Of a stretch of 62,799 bases of DNA, positions 44,666 through 54,901 are shown piece by piece; the stretch's first letter is position 1; each line of letters opens with the position of its first letter. The notes below the pieces were generated by a model. The model was not told where the DNA came from, did no database searches, and saw nothing but the letters and a program-made list of their open reading frames with translations. This stretch comes from an uncultured Candidatus Saccharibacteria bacterium (GTDB taxonomy: Bacteria; Patescibacteriota; Saccharimonadia; Saccharimonadales; UBA4665): the NCBI GenBank assembly GCA_964393815.1, contig CAYMUP010000001.1:1-62799 (forward strand), in the 5' to 3' direction. The translations under genes and the position numbers were made by a program.

Positions 44666-45679
44666 TTATGAGCCGTATCCCTCGGGATTGGCGGATTGCC
44701 AGCGCCAGGCGTCGGCGCAGCTTTCGGCGAAGCTTTTTTCGGTGTGCCAGCTAAGCTCGCGGGCAGCTTTGTCGGCGCTAGCGTAGCAGGTTGCAATGTC
44801 GCCAGGGCGGCGTGGTTTGATTTCGTATGGCACTTCGTGGCCGCAGGCTGCCGAAAATGCTGCGATGGCTTGTAGTACTGACACACCCTCGCCGGTACCA
44901 AGGTTATACACCTCGCAGCCCGCGTGCATGTGCTCCATGGCTGCCAGGTGCCCTTTGGCGAGGTCGACGACGTGTATGTAGTCGCGTACGCCCGTACCGT
45001 CCACTGTATCGTAGTCGTCACCAAACACGCCGACTTTTTCCAGCTTGCCAACGGCCACTTGTGAGACGTAGGGCATGAGGTTGTTGGGGAGGCCATTGGG
45101 GTCCTCACCGATGCGGCCGCTCGGGTGTGCACCGACCGGGTTGAAGTAGCGGAGCAGGGTAACTTCCCAGGTTGGGTCGGCGTGGGCTGTGTCGCGCAGC
45201 ATCTGCTCGATCATATATTTCGTCCAGCCGTAGGGGTTGGTGATACCTACTCCGGTCTGGCTTTCTTCGGTCAACGGCAGTTCAGAGGGGGTGCCGTACA
45301 CCGTAGCCGAACTGGAGAAAATCAGTTTTTTGACTCCGGCGGTGCGCATAGCTTCGACGAGGCTGAGCGTAGAGTCCAGGTTGTTTCGGTAGTACTCGAC
45401 CGGTTTTTGTACCGACTCGCCGACAGCCTTCAGACCGGCAAAATGTATAACGGCGTCGACTGGATGTTCAGCAAAAATCTGCTCCATCCCCTCACGATCA
45501 CAGACGTCTTGTTGGTAAAACACCAGCTCTTTTCCTGTAATCTCCTTGACCCGCGCGAGTGATTCTTCCGAACTGTTTGACAAGTTATCTACGACTACTA
45601 CGTCATGGCCCGCTTCCAGCAGCTCTACGGCGGTGTGTGACCCAATGTATCCCGCCCCACCGGTTATAAGTACATTCAT
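44666..45679 (-). CDS. galE: UDP-glucose 4-epimerase
   Basis: MNVLITGGAGYIGSHTAVELLEAGHDVVVVDNLSNSS ... YGWTKYMIEQ (YxxxK) ... RDYIHVVDLAKGH. Confidence 0.92.
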   Translation of the reverse strand: MNVLITGGAGYIGSHTAVELLEAGHDVVVVDNLSNSSEESLARVKEITGKELVFYQQDVCDREGMEQIFAEHPVDAVIHFAGLKAVGESVQKPVEYYRNNLDSTLSLVEAMRTAGVKKLIFSSSATVYGTPSELPLTEESQTGVGITNPYGWTKYMIEQMLRDTAHADPTWEVTLLRYFNPVGAHPSGRIGEDPNGLPNNLMPYVSQVAVGKLEKVGVFGDDYDTVDGTGVRDYIHVVDLAKGHLAAMEHMHAGCEVYNLGTGEGVSVLQAIAAFSAACGHEVPYEIKPRRPGDIATCYASADKAARELSWHTEKSFAESCADAWRWQSANPEGYGS

Positions 45680-46434
45680 GCTCGTTCCTCCTTGTTTTTA
45701 TACCCGAGTACAATGCCGTGATTTCTTTTTAGTAGAGTCGCCAAAAGCCCGGTCGTTAGGGCGCGTGCGAGTGTCCAGTTGCGTACCCGTCCGACCAGCG
45801 ATGTCGCATCGCGTGTGACATACAGCGCTCGGTGCGCTATGGCTGGGTAGGCGTAGGTCTGCAGGCCGGTAAAACCGGCGGCGCTCAAACGAGGGCGCAA
45901 ATATTTTGGTGGCATATCGCGTTCGTTTACTCCATAATGTTCCATAGCTTCAATTGATTTCGGGGTTTTGCTGTGTCCGACGCCCGGTTCGCAGGCCACG
46001 AGTCGTCCGCCTGGTTTTAGAGCGCGGTAGGCAGCCGCCAGGGCAATGTTTTCGTCTTCGGCGTGGTGCAGTGAATCAAAAAATATTACGGCATCAAATT
46101 CATTTTCGTACAGCAGCTCATCATAGTCGCCGGTTTTAAACGATAAAGTTTTGAGCGAAGCGAACTCTTTCTGAGCGGCATCAATCGCTTCTGGCGCAAT
46201 ATCGACCCCAACCACCTCATAGCCAGCGCGGGCATAAAACGCACTTGTCCAACCGCTGCCGCACCCGAGGTCAAGGATGCGGGCCGGGGCAGGCGGCAAT
46301 AGAGTAAATACGGCGGCAATATCGTGCAGCAGCGAACCTATATTGGCGGCGTCCGAAAACGGTTTGTTGAGCGTAAACGCCATACCGTCATCACCGATTT
46401 CCTTAAAATACGTTCGTTCTCCCGCCTTAGCCAT
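45676..46434 (-). CDS. class I SAM-dependent methyltransferase
   Basis: ATG 46434 preferred (MAKAGERTYF; 8-nt overlap with the upstream stop). ILDLGCGSGWTSAFYARAGYEVVGVDIAPEAI. Confidence 0.8.
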   Translation of the reverse strand: MAKAGERTYFKEIGDDGMAFTLNKPFSDAANIGSLLHDIAAVFTLLPPAPARILDLGCGSGWTSAFYARAGYEVVGVDIAPEAIDAAQKEFASLKTLSFKTGDYDELLYENEFDAVIFFDSLHHAEDENIALAAAYRALKPGGRLVACEPGVGHSKTPKSIEAMEHYGVNERDMPPKYLRPRLSAAGFTGLQTYAYPAIAHRALYVTRDATSLVGRVRNWTLARALTTGLLATLLKRNHGIVLGYKNKEERA

Positions 46435-47776
46435 GAATGAGCTCCTGTACCTTCTCGACGAGTTCATCGAGGCGAGCCTGGGTATCTGACTCGGCGTTCA
46501 GGCGCATGACTGGTTCGGTGTTGCTGGGGCGCACATTGAACCAAGTGTCTTCGCCGAGCTCCACGGTTAGGCCATCCATATCAGATTGCTCGTACTCGGC
46601 GTAGGCTTCGCTTAGACGTTGTATGGCAGCCTCTTTGTCTTCAACCACGAAGTTTATTTCGGGAATGGCCGCAAAATGAGTGTATTTTTCGCGCAGCTCA
46701 GATAGCTTTAGACCGCTTAAGCCTGCGGCGTAGAGCCCGATGACGGCTCCGATGAGCCCAGAATCGGCATACCAGTTGTCTCGGAAGTAGAAATGGCCGC
46801 TGGCTTCACCGCCAAACACCGCGTCGTGTTCACGCATGGTTTGTTTGATGTGTGCGTGTCCCACACGAGTTTTAACGGCCGTACCACCGCCGCTTGCGAC
46901 TACTTTTGGTACGCTGCGGCTGTTGCGCACATCGTATACGATCTTGGCGCTCGGGTGAACGCCGAGGAAATAGTCGGCCATCATAGCGCTCATGACACCG
47001 CCCGTTAGTACCGTGCCGGTTTCGTCGATCAAAAATGCGCGGTCCCCGTCGCCGTCAAAGGCGATGCCGCCGTCTAACCTCATTTCTTTAATCTTGGCGA
47101 CCAAATCTGCGAGAGTTTCAAACTTTAAGGGATTTGCTTCATGGTTAGGGAAGGTACCGTCGAGCTCAAAATACATTTCTTCAACTTCCCAGGGCACATA
47201 CGGCTCAATCTCGGGGAAGATCTTGCCCGCCATGCCGTTTCCCGCGTCGACGGCAATATGAAGCGGCTTAACTTTACTCGCATCGACAAAACTTAGCACG
47301 TGCTGTACCCAATCTTCGGCGAGGTCTTTTTTGGTAATTTGACCTTTTTGCTTCGCTGCGTCTTTGAAACGACCATCGAGTACCGCATCCCGGATATCTT
47401 CTAGCCCGGTTCCCATGCCAATCGGCCGAGCTTCTTCACGGCAAAGCTTGATGCCGTTATCGGCACCCGGGTTATGACTGGCAGTTACCATAGCTCCGCC
47501 AGCAAGCTCTAGGCTGCCAACTGCAAAGTAAATCATGTCGCTGGTAACTTCACCGATGTCGATAACATCGCGTCCTTGCGCCGTCAGTCCGTCGATAACA
47601 TTTTGCGCAAGCTCAGCGGAATCTGGGCGCATGTCTCGACCGACAGCCACGACACCGTCAGTAGGCAAAAAGTCAGCGAGTGCTCGCCCGACATCCCGGG
47701 CAACCGTCATTGACAGCTCGCTCCCGACTTTTCCACGTATATCGTATGATTTAAAGATACCACTAATGTCTGCCAT
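46427..47776 (-). CDS. phosphomannomutase/phosphoglucomutase (alpha-D-phosphohexomutase family)
   Basis: Active-site loop MVTASHNPGADNGIKL, metal loop FDGDGDRAF, GGEASGHFYF. Confidence 0.9.
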   Translation of the reverse strand: MADISGIFKSYDIRGKVGSELSMTVARDVGRALADFLPTDGVVAVGRDMRPDSAELAQNVIDGLTAQGRDVIDIGEVTSDMIYFAVGSLELAGGAMVTASHNPGADNGIKLCREEARPIGMGTGLEDIRDAVLDGRFKDAAKQKGQITKKDLAEDWVQHVLSFVDASKVKPLHIAVDAGNGMAGKIFPEIEPYVPWEVEEMYFELDGTFPNHEANPLKFETLADLVAKIKEMRLDGGIAFDGDGDRAFLIDETGTVLTGGVMSAMMADYFLGVHPSAKIVYDVRNSRSVPKVVASGGGTAVKTRVGHAHIKQTMREHDAVFGGEASGHFYFRDNWYADSGLIGAVIGLYAAGLSGLKLSELREKYTHFAAIPEINFVVEDKEAAIQRLSEAYAEYEQSDMDGLTVELGEDTWFNVRPSNTEPVMRLNAESDTQARLDELVEKVQELIHG

Positions 47777-47853
47777 AAAACCTCCTTAAGATAAACCAGT
47801 ACCCACAAACTACCTTTATAGTATATGCTACATATGCAACTTGAGGAGGGTAC

Positions 47854-48936
47854 ATGAAGATACTTGTAGTAGCAGGCGGACAAGGAACCAAGCTTTGGCC
47901 ATACAGCCGCCAAGACAAACCCAAGCAATTCCAGCCGATCATCGGTGAAAAATCACCATACCAAGAGGCTATCGAGACAATCCTAACTGCTTACCCGGCA
48001 GAAGATGTCTTTATCTCAACCAAGCATAAATTTATCAAGTACATCTCAGAGCAATCGCCGCAAATCCCGCTCAAAAACTACATTGTCGAGCCAGATATTG
48101 CGCTTGACCGTGGTCCTGGTGAAGGCCTAGCTTTCCTCAAGTTATCAATGTTGTTCCCTGACGAGCCAGTGTTCTACGTGCAGGCCGACATGGTGCGCGA
48201 GCCAGCCGAAAAATTCATCGACATGATTAAAGCGGCAGAAAAAATCGTCACCGAGACTGGTAAGTACATCACTGGGGGGGTTAAGGCAACAGAACCAAAT
48301 ATGGGTGCTGACTACCTAGAGCTCGGCGCCAGGGTTAAAAGTAATGGCGTTGAGGCCTACGAGCTAGCCAAGTTCCACTACCGTAAAGGCACTGTCCGTG
48401 AGACACGCGAGCTTGTAGAGAATTTCCGTGTTGTTACACACTGGAACCACCTATGTTGGTACCCAGCTAAAGTTATTGATGCCTATAAACAATACCGCCC
48501 CGATTGGTATGACGCCCTCATGCGCATCAAAGACGTTATGGATAAACCTGGTGAGCAACAAGCCATTCGCGAAATCTACGAAACGATGGAAAAGGGCCCC
48601 ACAGAAGACGTTACGCGTCACCTTATGGACTCGGGAGAAGCAATCGTACTACTTTTGCCGTTCCGCAACACAGACGTCGGTACCTGGGAATCTGTCCGTG
48701 AGTTTAGTGCTGACGACAAAGAAAATGACTTTGACGCCTCTGTCGTGGCCGTTGACACCACTGGTACCTTGGTGAAATCGCGTAACAGCAACAAGCTAAT
48801 CGCCGTAGCAGGTCTTAAAGACATGATTATCGTCGATAGTGATGACGCGCTGCTCATCATCCCAGCTGATGAAATTGATAAAATCAAAGATTTGCAAAAG
48901 CTGCTCACCGAGCGAGATCTCGATAAGTTTTTATAG
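47854..48936 (+). CDS. mannose-1-phosphate guanylyltransferase-like sugar nucleotidyltransferase (no cupin/PMI domain)
   Basis: RBS GAGGAGGG. MKILVVAGGQGTKLWPYSRQDKPKQFQPI matches the ManC-type GGxGxRLWPLSR..PKQF motif. Confidence 0.78.
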   Translation: MKILVVAGGQGTKLWPYSRQDKPKQFQPIIGEKSPYQEAIETILTAYPAEDVFISTKHKFIKYISEQSPQIPLKNYIVEPDIALDRGPGEGLAFLKLSMLFPDEPVFYVQADMVREPAEKFIDMIKAAEKIVTETGKYITGGVKATEPNMGADYLELGARVKSNGVEAYELAKFHYRKGTVRETRELVENFRVVTHWNHLCWYPAKVIDAYKQYRPDWYDALMRIKDVMDKPGEQQAIREIYETMEKGPTEDVTRHLMDSGEAIVLLLPFRNTDVGTWESVREFSADDKENDFDASVVAVDTTGTLVKSRNSNKLIAVAGLKDMIIVDSDDALLIIPADEIDKIKDLQKLLTERDLDKFL

Positions 48937-48960
48937 CCCCTCGGTGTTACACTAGGTGTT

Positions 48961-49626
48961 ATGACTAAAGAAACCATCGATACTAAAGAGCTTCGCGCCA
49001 CGCCGGAGCAAGAAGATTTTGCTGGCAAATACACCGAAGAAGGCACTGGAAAAGTGGGCGGTAAGCTGCTGGACAACTACTTTAAGGCTGTCAAGTCACT
49101 CTACAAGGGGGCTCACTTTGAAAAGGGAGCTAGGCTAAAAGCCGTTGAAATTGGCTGCGGTGAGGGTTTTTCGACCGAGCGGCTACGGGCAATGTTGCCA
49201 GGTAATGTTAGCTTGAGTGCGTCGGAGTACGTGGCCGAAATGATCCCACGAGCAGCAGAGCGCAACCCCAAGGTACCTATCGTACAAGAGAGTGCCTACG
49301 AGCTCAGCTACAAAGATAATTCACTCGACGTTGTTTTTCTGCTGGAAGTGCTCGAGCACCTCGACTATCCAGATAAAGCGCTGGCTGAAATTCACCGGGT
49401 GCTGCGGCCAGGCGGGGTGCTGATACTGGGCGTTCCACGTGAATTTTTATGGTGCACTCTCAATTTTGCACGTGGCAAATATTGGAAAAGCCTTGGAAAC
49501 ACTCCAGGTCATCTAAACCACTGGAGTACCTACACGCTAAAGCGTTTTATTGGTAAACACTTTGGTCCGGTTAGCGATCAGCGCACACCCTTGCCGTGGA
49601 CCATCATTCGCGCCCAAAAACGCTAG
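48961..49626 (+). CDS. class I SAM-dependent methyltransferase
   Basis: AVEIGCGEGFSTERL ... DVVFLLEVLEHLDYPDKALAEIHRVLRPGGVLILGVP. Confidence 0.8.
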   Translation: MTKETIDTKELRATPEQEDFAGKYTEEGTGKVGGKLLDNYFKAVKSLYKGAHFEKGARLKAVEIGCGEGFSTERLRAMLPGNVSLSASEYVAEMIPRAAERNPKVPIVQESAYELSYKDNSLDVVFLLEVLEHLDYPDKALAEIHRVLRPGGVLILGVPREFLWCTLNFARGKYWKSLGNTPGHLNHWSTYTLKRFIGKHFGPVSDQRTPLPWTIIRAQKR

Positions 49627-49733
49627 CAGACTAGAGTCGAAACATAGAGTGTAAGAGCCATAGGACGTTTCTTGTTTCTTCACCATCTTTTAGCTTGGTT
49701 GGAATCCAAAAACCAGACCAAAAAAACCCATTT

Positions 49734-49944
49734 CGTACACCAGCCGTTCCGGCTGACGTACGACCTTCTTTTTCTGCCGAAGAAAAAGAAGGCAAAACCC
49801 GGGGTCCCCATGAAACCTGTTTCATGGGGTGTTAGTGTCTCGGCACACTTCCTACTGCTCGGCAACTGTTGTGAACCAGCACAACTTGGGAAACACTAGC
49901 GTAGTACGCATTTTCGCCTTTGTTGTGCTGTATCACAACAGTTG
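49734..49944. other. array of four long hairpins in a 440-nt ORF-free gap (candidate structured RNA and/or terminators)
   Basis: Four hairpins. CGTAC-ac-CAGCCG/ttc/CGGCTG-ac-GTACG at 49734-49762. 12-bp CCTTCTTTTTCT/AGAAAAAGAAGG at 49764-49792. CCCCATGAAAC/GTTTCATGGGG at 49806-49829. CAACTGTTGTGA + AGCACAAC pairing with GTTGTGCT + TCACAACAGTTG at 49863-49944. Confidence 0.4.
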
Positions 49945-49998
49945 GACCGGGCAGTTTCCAGAGTGCCACTAACCCCGCAGCAATGAAGGTCTAACATC

Positions 49999-50065
49999 TA
50001 TTTTCCAACGTCCAACCTCAAATGAGGTGAAAGTCACCGAAGTTAATTATCAATCCCAGGTGAAA
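49999..50065 (+). repeat. dispersed dual-GTGAAA element, copy B (long form)
   Basis: TATTTTCCAACGTCCAACCTCAAATGAGGTGAAAGTCACCGAAGTTAATTATCAATCCCAGGTGAAA. Hexamers start at 50027 and 50060, 33 nt apart. Abuts the stop of the minus-strand GtrA gene. Confidence 0.75.
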
Positions 50066-50476
50066 TCAGTCTTTTGCTGTGGTAGGACGAAAGACCCAGT
50101 GCTTGTACCACAGCCACTTCCAAACAGTGAAAAAGAGTGAGGAAACCCAAAGCCCCACAAACGGTGACACGCCGAGCCATTTCAAGCCTCCAACTATGGC
50201 GTAGTCGATAAGTACATTGAGCAGGCTAAACGGTACATAGCGTTTTAAGACCTTTTTGTGGCCGGCTATCCGAGCTGTGCTCGCAAAAGCCAGGTAATGC
50301 TGGACAAGATAGTTCAGTCCCCAGCCAACAAGATCGGCGATACCTTTGGCAAGCAGCCAGTGCCAGTGCAGTAGCCCGTAGAGCAGGGCAAAGATCAAGT
50401 AGCCGCTGATAAAAAATACCACTCCACCGATGTTAAAATACAAAAACTGGAGCAGGGGAGCCGACCTAATCTTCAT
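50066..50476 (-). CDS. GtrA-family membrane protein
   Basis: Four hydrophobic helices. MKIRSAPLLQFLYFNIGGVVFF start preferred (track start 50497). Small size and location in a glycan cluster fit the family. Confidence 0.65.
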   Translation of the reverse strand: MKIRSAPLLQFLYFNIGGVVFFISGYLIFALLYGLLHWHWLLAKGIADLVGWGLNYLVQHYLAFASTARIAGHKKVLKRYVPFSLLNVLIDYAIVGGLKWLGVSPFVGLWVSSLFFTVWKWLWYKHWVFRPTTAKD

Positions 50477-51782
50477 GTGACTGCTTTTCCTTAGCACTAC
50501 TTAGGGCAATGGCAGTCAGCCCCCAAAAGACGTACGCCAGCGTATCATCCGCCCACGCATGAGAGAGCAAATTAACGACAGCGAGTCCGAGTAGCGCAGC
50601 GAGGCAGGCAAGTGCCAGAGGGTTGTTCCTACGTTGCCACAGCCTGCGCCAGACCATCACGAGGAGACTTACAAATAAAATTAGCCCCACCCACCCCATC
50701 TCCTGACCTATCTGTAGGATATAGTTTTCAGCAAGCTTTGTTTCTCCATGGGTGTTATGAACACTGGCTGGACCGGCGCTGCCAACCCCTCCGCCTAGTG
50801 GGTGGTCAAGAACGTCAAGTGCAGCCGTGCTGAGCGCAGAGCTACGCTGATCATTAGAACTCACCTCGACTTTAGAATTATCGCTGGTGTGAAAAAGAGC
50901 GTTTTGTACATGAGGGTTAGAATGAAATGCGGTAAAAGTTAACCCTGTTAAAAACAGTATCCCAAGTGAAGCAAGCCAAAGTTGTTTTGTTTTTTTAGCT
51001 CTCATCGAGCGGGTGATAATGACCACAAAAACTGCCACTGCAGCGCCAATCCACGCACTCCGAGAGAAGCTTGCAAGCAGCGCCCCGGCCGTCAGCGCAG
51101 CCAGTATTTCCCAGTACGCACCACGCCAACGCCGAGCGTAAAAAGCCGCTAACAGTCCTGTGATGACCACTAGGTATGCACCGAGCGGGTTTGCCCCCCT
51201 TAGCGTCGAAGCAAACCGTGGGTAAGCGTCGTCATTGTTGATCGTTTCGTAGGACTCAATCGTTGCAGCCGAGTAGCCAAAGTGCTTCAAAAAGTCGTCG
51301 GGTAGGACGGTGAGCTGCAAAACGGCAAAAGCGGCGACCACCAGGGCTGGCCCCAGTACAATCTGCTGCCAATGCTGCAAAAGCCAGTTACTACGACGAG
51401 CCACAAGTGAAACTAAAAGGAAGAATAGCCAAAAACGTAGATCCTGGAATATGCCAAGGCAGGCTGCACCGAGCGAAACTTTACCAGTTAGCAACGGAAC
51501 GACCGTCCAAAGCACCGTGAGAAGAGCAAAGAGCACAACCATCCTCACTAAACGGTCGCGCACTAACCACTGTCGAGTCGCTTTACTGCGCAGGGACCAT
51601 ACAACTGCACAACCAGCTAGTATAAGGAGTAAAACTGCGCTCCACGCGCGGAGTAGCGTGTAGTGTCCAACAAGACTGGCGCCCCACACCGTCAAAAAAC
51701 CATGGAAGGGCGCTATCATCAAGATGGCGGCGATCAAATAGTTGGCTACTTTTGTGCTGGTTGCTTCGCTTGTGCTTTTCAT
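50466..51782 (-). CDS. O-antigen ligase / Wzy_C-family polytopic membrane protein
   Basis: About 11-12 TM helices. ASFSRSAWIGAAVAVFVVI resembles the Wzy_C loop-entry motif. A large loop follows it. Confidence 0.65.
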   Translation of the reverse strand: MKSTSEATSTKVANYLIAAILMIAPFHGFLTVWGASLVGHYTLLRAWSAVLLLILAGCAVVWSLRSKATRQWLVRDRLVRMVVLFALLTVLWTVVPLLTGKVSLGAACLGIFQDLRFWLFFLLVSLVARRSNWLLQHWQQIVLGPALVVAAFAVLQLTVLPDDFLKHFGYSAATIESYETINNDDAYPRFASTLRGANPLGAYLVVITGLLAAFYARRWRGAYWEILAALTAGALLASFSRSAWIGAAVAVFVVIITRSMRAKKTKQLWLASLGILFLTGLTFTAFHSNPHVQNALFHTSDNSKVEVSSNDQRSSALSTAALDVLDHPLGGGVGSAGPASVHNTHGETKLAENYILQIGQEMGWVGLILFVSLLVMVWRRLWQRRNNPLALACLAALLGLAVVNLLSHAWADDTLAYVFWGLTAIALSSAKEKQSHED

Positions 51783-51812
51783 AGTCGTTAAGTGCTACAA
51801 TCACTAGTATAA

Positions 51813-53237
51813 ATGAAGAATGACGCATCACTCACGTATAACGTCTTTCTAGTGCTCGGCGATATCGCAGCGCTCATCGCTGGGTTTGCGGCAGCATTCA
51901 TCATCCGCGCGGCCTCGCCAGTGGCCGTCGCTCATCCGGTGGTTGGTGTAGACTACATGGTTATATTGCTAGCGTTACTCCCTTTTTGGATTATCATCTT
52001 TGCTATGCTTGGCCTCTACAACACAACTATCTATGAGCGTCGCTTCTCTGAGATAGCGCGGCTGCTCGTGGGTTCATTTGTGGGGCTGCTTTTCCTGATC
52101 TCATGGGATTATATGAGTCTCGATCAGCTGTTTCCAGCAAAACTGGTGCCCATTTACGGCCTTCTGATAGCTTTTGGGTTACTTGTTTTGTTCCGTAACA
52201 TCGCCCGCGCCGTACGGACAAGCCTTTTTCGCTACGGCGTGGGCTTGACGCGTGTTGTGCTGGTGGGCAACACGGCTATGACTAAAGAGCTTATCGACTC
52301 GCTTTCACACCGTGACTCTGGCTACAAAGTGCTAGGCGTCATTGGTTACCGCAAAAAACTGCCTGACGGGGTGCCGGAATATGCTAATTTTGCCAACTTC
52401 CTCCGAGCGACACCTGAGGACTTGCATGGTATCGTTCAAACTGAACTGTATGCAAACGAGGAGCGCAACGGCGAAATATTGAATTACGCCCAGGAAAACC
52501 ACGTCAGCTATCGCTTCGTGCCCGGTAATAGCGAGATGTTTGTGGGCAACTTAGACGTGGAACTTTTTCGTAACTCAGTCCCCGTTATTCATGTGCACCA
52601 CACCGCATTATTTGGCCCAGGACGTATCATCAAGCGACTCATGGATATTGGGCTTGGTTCGCTGGGGCTGCTTGTCGCCTCGCCGCTGCTACTTATCATC
52701 ATCCTCCTCCAGAAATTGTTTGGACATGGCTCGGTGTTCTTTGCACAAAAGAGACTCACACGCTTCAATACTCCCTTCAAAGTCTACAAATTCCGCACCC
52801 AATACGCCGCTTATGATGGCACGACCCCAGAAGAAGCCTTTAAGATGATGGGCAAGCCAGAGCTTGCGAAAGAGTACCGCGCTAATGGTGATTCTTTGTC
52901 GCATGACCCACGGATCACGCCCCTCGGCCGTTTCTTACGTGCGAGCAGTCTAGATGAGCTGCCGCAGCTCTGGAACGTAGTACGCGGCGATATTAGCCTT
53001 GTAGGGCCGAGGGCACTGATTGCTCAGGAGCTGCAGCAATATAGCAAAAGCCATCTCATTTTGAGCGTCAAATCGGGTCTGACCGGCCTCGCGGTGGTGT
53101 CTGGCCGTAGAGACATCAGTTTTGAAGAGCGTCGCAAGTTGGACTTGTACTATGTGCAGAACTGGAGTCTCTGGCTTGACCTGGTGATACTGCTTAAGAC
53201 AATCCGCATCGTTTTATTCCGCACGGGAGCCCGCTAA
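51813..53237 (+). CDS. polyprenyl-phosphate hexose-1-phosphate transferase (WbaP/EpsB-type bacterial sugar transferase)
   Basis: N-terminal 4-5 TM helices. C-terminal [25 protein letters not shown] ... FKVYKFRTQ ... [21 protein letters not shown]. Confidence 0.88.
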   Translation: MKNDASLTYNVFLVLGDIAALIAGFAAAFIIRAASPVAVAHPVVGVDYMVILLALLPFWIIIFAMLGLYNTTIYERRFSEIARLLVGSFVGLLFLISWDYMSLDQLFPAKLVPIYGLLIAFGLLVLFRNIARAVRTSLFRYGVGLTRVVLVGNTAMTKELIDSLSHRDSGYKVLGVIGYRKKLPDGVPEYANFANFLRATPEDLHGIVQTELYANEERNGEILNYAQENHVSYRFVPGNSEMFVGNLDVELFRNSVPVIHVHHTALFGPGRIIKRLMDIGLGSLGLLVASPLLLIIILLQKLFGHGSVFFAQKRLTRFNTPFKVYKFRTQYAAYDGTTPEEAFKMMGKPELAKEYRANGDSLSHDPRITPLGRFLRASSLDELPQLWNVVRGDISLVGPRALIAQELQQYSKSHLILSVKSGLTGLAVVSGRRDISFEERRKLDLYYVQNWSLWLDLVILLKTIRIVLFRTGAR

Positions 53238-53240
53238 GTC

Positions 53241-54365
53241 ATGAATGCTCGTAAACTGCGAGTAGCCATTGTGCACGACTGGCTTTACGGCGGTGGGGCA
53301 GAGCTCGTGGTAGAGCAGCTGCACGAAATATTCCCAGACGCACCCATCTACGCCACATTCGCGACTCCCGAGTGGCGCAAAAGGCTTCACGGCAAAGTTC
53401 GTACCGGCTATCTACAGTGGTGGCCACTGCGTAAAGCCTACAAGTTTCTCGGTTTTCTCCGCATACTTTGGTACACACATCTCAAATTTGATGACTACGA
53501 CTTGGTTATTAGTAGCTCTGGTGCCGAGGCGAAGGGCATCAAAGTTCCACCTGGCGTTCTGCATATCAACTATTGCCACGCGCCTACACACTATTATTGG
53601 AGTCGCTACAACGAGTACATGAAGCGACCAGGTCTTGGCATCGTAAACCCGCTCGCTCGGGCCGGCCTGTGGCTGCTCGTAAAACCACTGCGTGCTTGGG
53701 ACTACCGCGCGGCTCAGCGACCTGACTACATGATTGCAAATTCAACCCACATCCAAAAAGAGATTCGCAAGTATTACAAACGTGACAGCACCGTCATTTT
53801 CCCGCCGGTGTACATGGAGCGCTTTGCGAAGCCCGAAAACCGCAGCAGAAAACGCTCGGGGCTACTCATTTCTGGTCGCCAGACACCATACAAACGTTTT
53901 GACCTGGCAGTTGTCACGTGTAGTAAGCTCGGCATACCCCTGACAGTCATTGGAGATGGCCCAGATCACAAGCGCCTGCGTGGGCTTGCTGGCAAATCGG
54001 TGACATTTCTAGGTCGTGTCTCTGACAAGGTACTTGAAGAGGAATTTGCCCGGGCTGGGGGCTTTATATTCCCGGGTCTCGACGACTTTGGTATTAGTGC
54101 GGTCGAGGCAATGGCGTCTGGTACGCCCGTCATTGCCTACAAAGCTGGTGGTGCGCTCGATTACATCCGTCCAGGGGTAACGGGCGAGTTTTTTACCCAC
54201 CAAACAGCCGCGTCGCTCGCGACCACCCTTCGCCGTTTCAAACCTAACGCGTACAGTAGCGCAGCCGTGCGGGCATATGCCAAACGCTATTCGCGTGAAC
54301 AATTCCAAAAGTCTATGCGCGCCTACGTGAGCGCAATGCTCAAAAAAGGGCCACCTACTCGCTAG
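53241..54365 (+). CDS. glycosyltransferase family 4
   Basis: DDFGISAVEAMASGTPVIAYKAGGALDYIRPGVTGEFF. Confidence 0.82.
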   Translation: MNARKLRVAIVHDWLYGGGAELVVEQLHEIFPDAPIYATFATPEWRKRLHGKVRTGYLQWWPLRKAYKFLGFLRILWYTHLKFDDYDLVISSSGAEAKGIKVPPGVLHINYCHAPTHYYWSRYNEYMKRPGLGIVNPLARAGLWLLVKPLRAWDYRAAQRPDYMIANSTHIQKEIRKYYKRDSTVIFPPVYMERFAKPENRSRKRSGLLISGRQTPYKRFDLAVVTCSKLGIPLTVIGDGPDHKRLRGLAGKSVTFLGRVSDKVLEEEFARAGGFIFPGLDDFGISAVEAMASGTPVIAYKAGGALDYIRPGVTGEFFTHQTAASLATTLRRFKPNAYSSAAVRAYAKRYSREQFQKSMRAYVSAMLKKGPPTR

Positions 54366-54409
54366 TTCGGGTTTTGTTTGCAGAGTAACGCTTATGTATA
54401 CTGTAGGGT

Positions 54410-54901
54410 ATGGATCAGACACCGGCCGCGTCCGAGAAGACACTTAGGCCGACCAAAAAGCAAAAAGAGCTCTTAGCCTACATCGAGCAGTTTATAGCTG
54501 AAAACGGCTATAGCCCGAGCTACCGTGAGATCATGAGTGGCCTCGAGTACACCTCGGTAGCGACTGTGGCATTGCACGTCGGTAATCTTATTTCACGTGG
54601 TCATTTACGCAAACGTGAGCATAGCGCTCGCTCGCTTGAGGTGGTGACTCCTTCGGCTGAATTTACTTCAGAGCCCAAGCTAAAGACAAACGAAGTGAAA
54701 CCATCAGAGGAGAAATGGCTCATCGAGAAGGTCGAACACTTGTTTAGCGAGGCAGAAGGTCAGGCAGTCGCCACCGAAGAAGACTTGCGCCCCATTGAGA
54801 TTATGTTGGCCGCTCTCCGTGTACTCGGGCTAGAAGCGGGCGCACAGAGCTTTGCGGAGCGTTACCAAGCACTGAAAGGGCAGGGTAAGTCAAGTGAATG
54901 A
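54410..54901 (+). CDS. LexA-type winged-helix DNA-binding protein lacking the S24 peptidase domain
   Basis: TKKQKELLAYIEQFIAENGYSPSYREIMSGLEYTSVATVALHVGNLISRGHLRK follows the LexA N-terminal domain pattern. The remaining about 90 aa have no Ala-Gly/Ser-Lys autocleavage signature. Confidence 0.7.
   Translation: MDQTPAASEKTLRPTKKQKELLAYIEQFIAENGYSPSYREIMSGLEYTSVATVALHVGNLISRGHLRKREHSARSLEVVTPSAEFTSEPKLKTNEVKPSEEKWLIEKVEHLFSEAEGQAVATEEDLRPIEIMLAALRVLGLEAGAQSFAERYQALKGQGKSSE

Noticed and set aside
49691-49720. tRNA/tmRNA-like 3' end: GGTTGGAATCC (one mismatch from the GGTTCGAATCC T-loop) followed by AAACCAG-A-CCA.
   Set aside because: No complementary 5' acceptor strand (CTGGTTT) lies within 100 nt upstream. 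A tmRNA-sized 5' end would fall inside the methyltransferase CDS. No D-arm or anticodon-arm geometry is present.
49627-50065. Tested both strands of the hairpin-rich gap as RNase P RNA, tmRNA, SRP RNA or 6S RNA.
   Set aside because: I found no GAGGAAAGUCC/ACAGAA (P4) blocks. There is no GGGG... 5' end with a tag ORF ending in ..AA-stop. There is no GGAA-tetraloop/AGCA SRP domain IV. 6S RNA cannot be excluded or supported by eye, so the region stays an unassigned finding.
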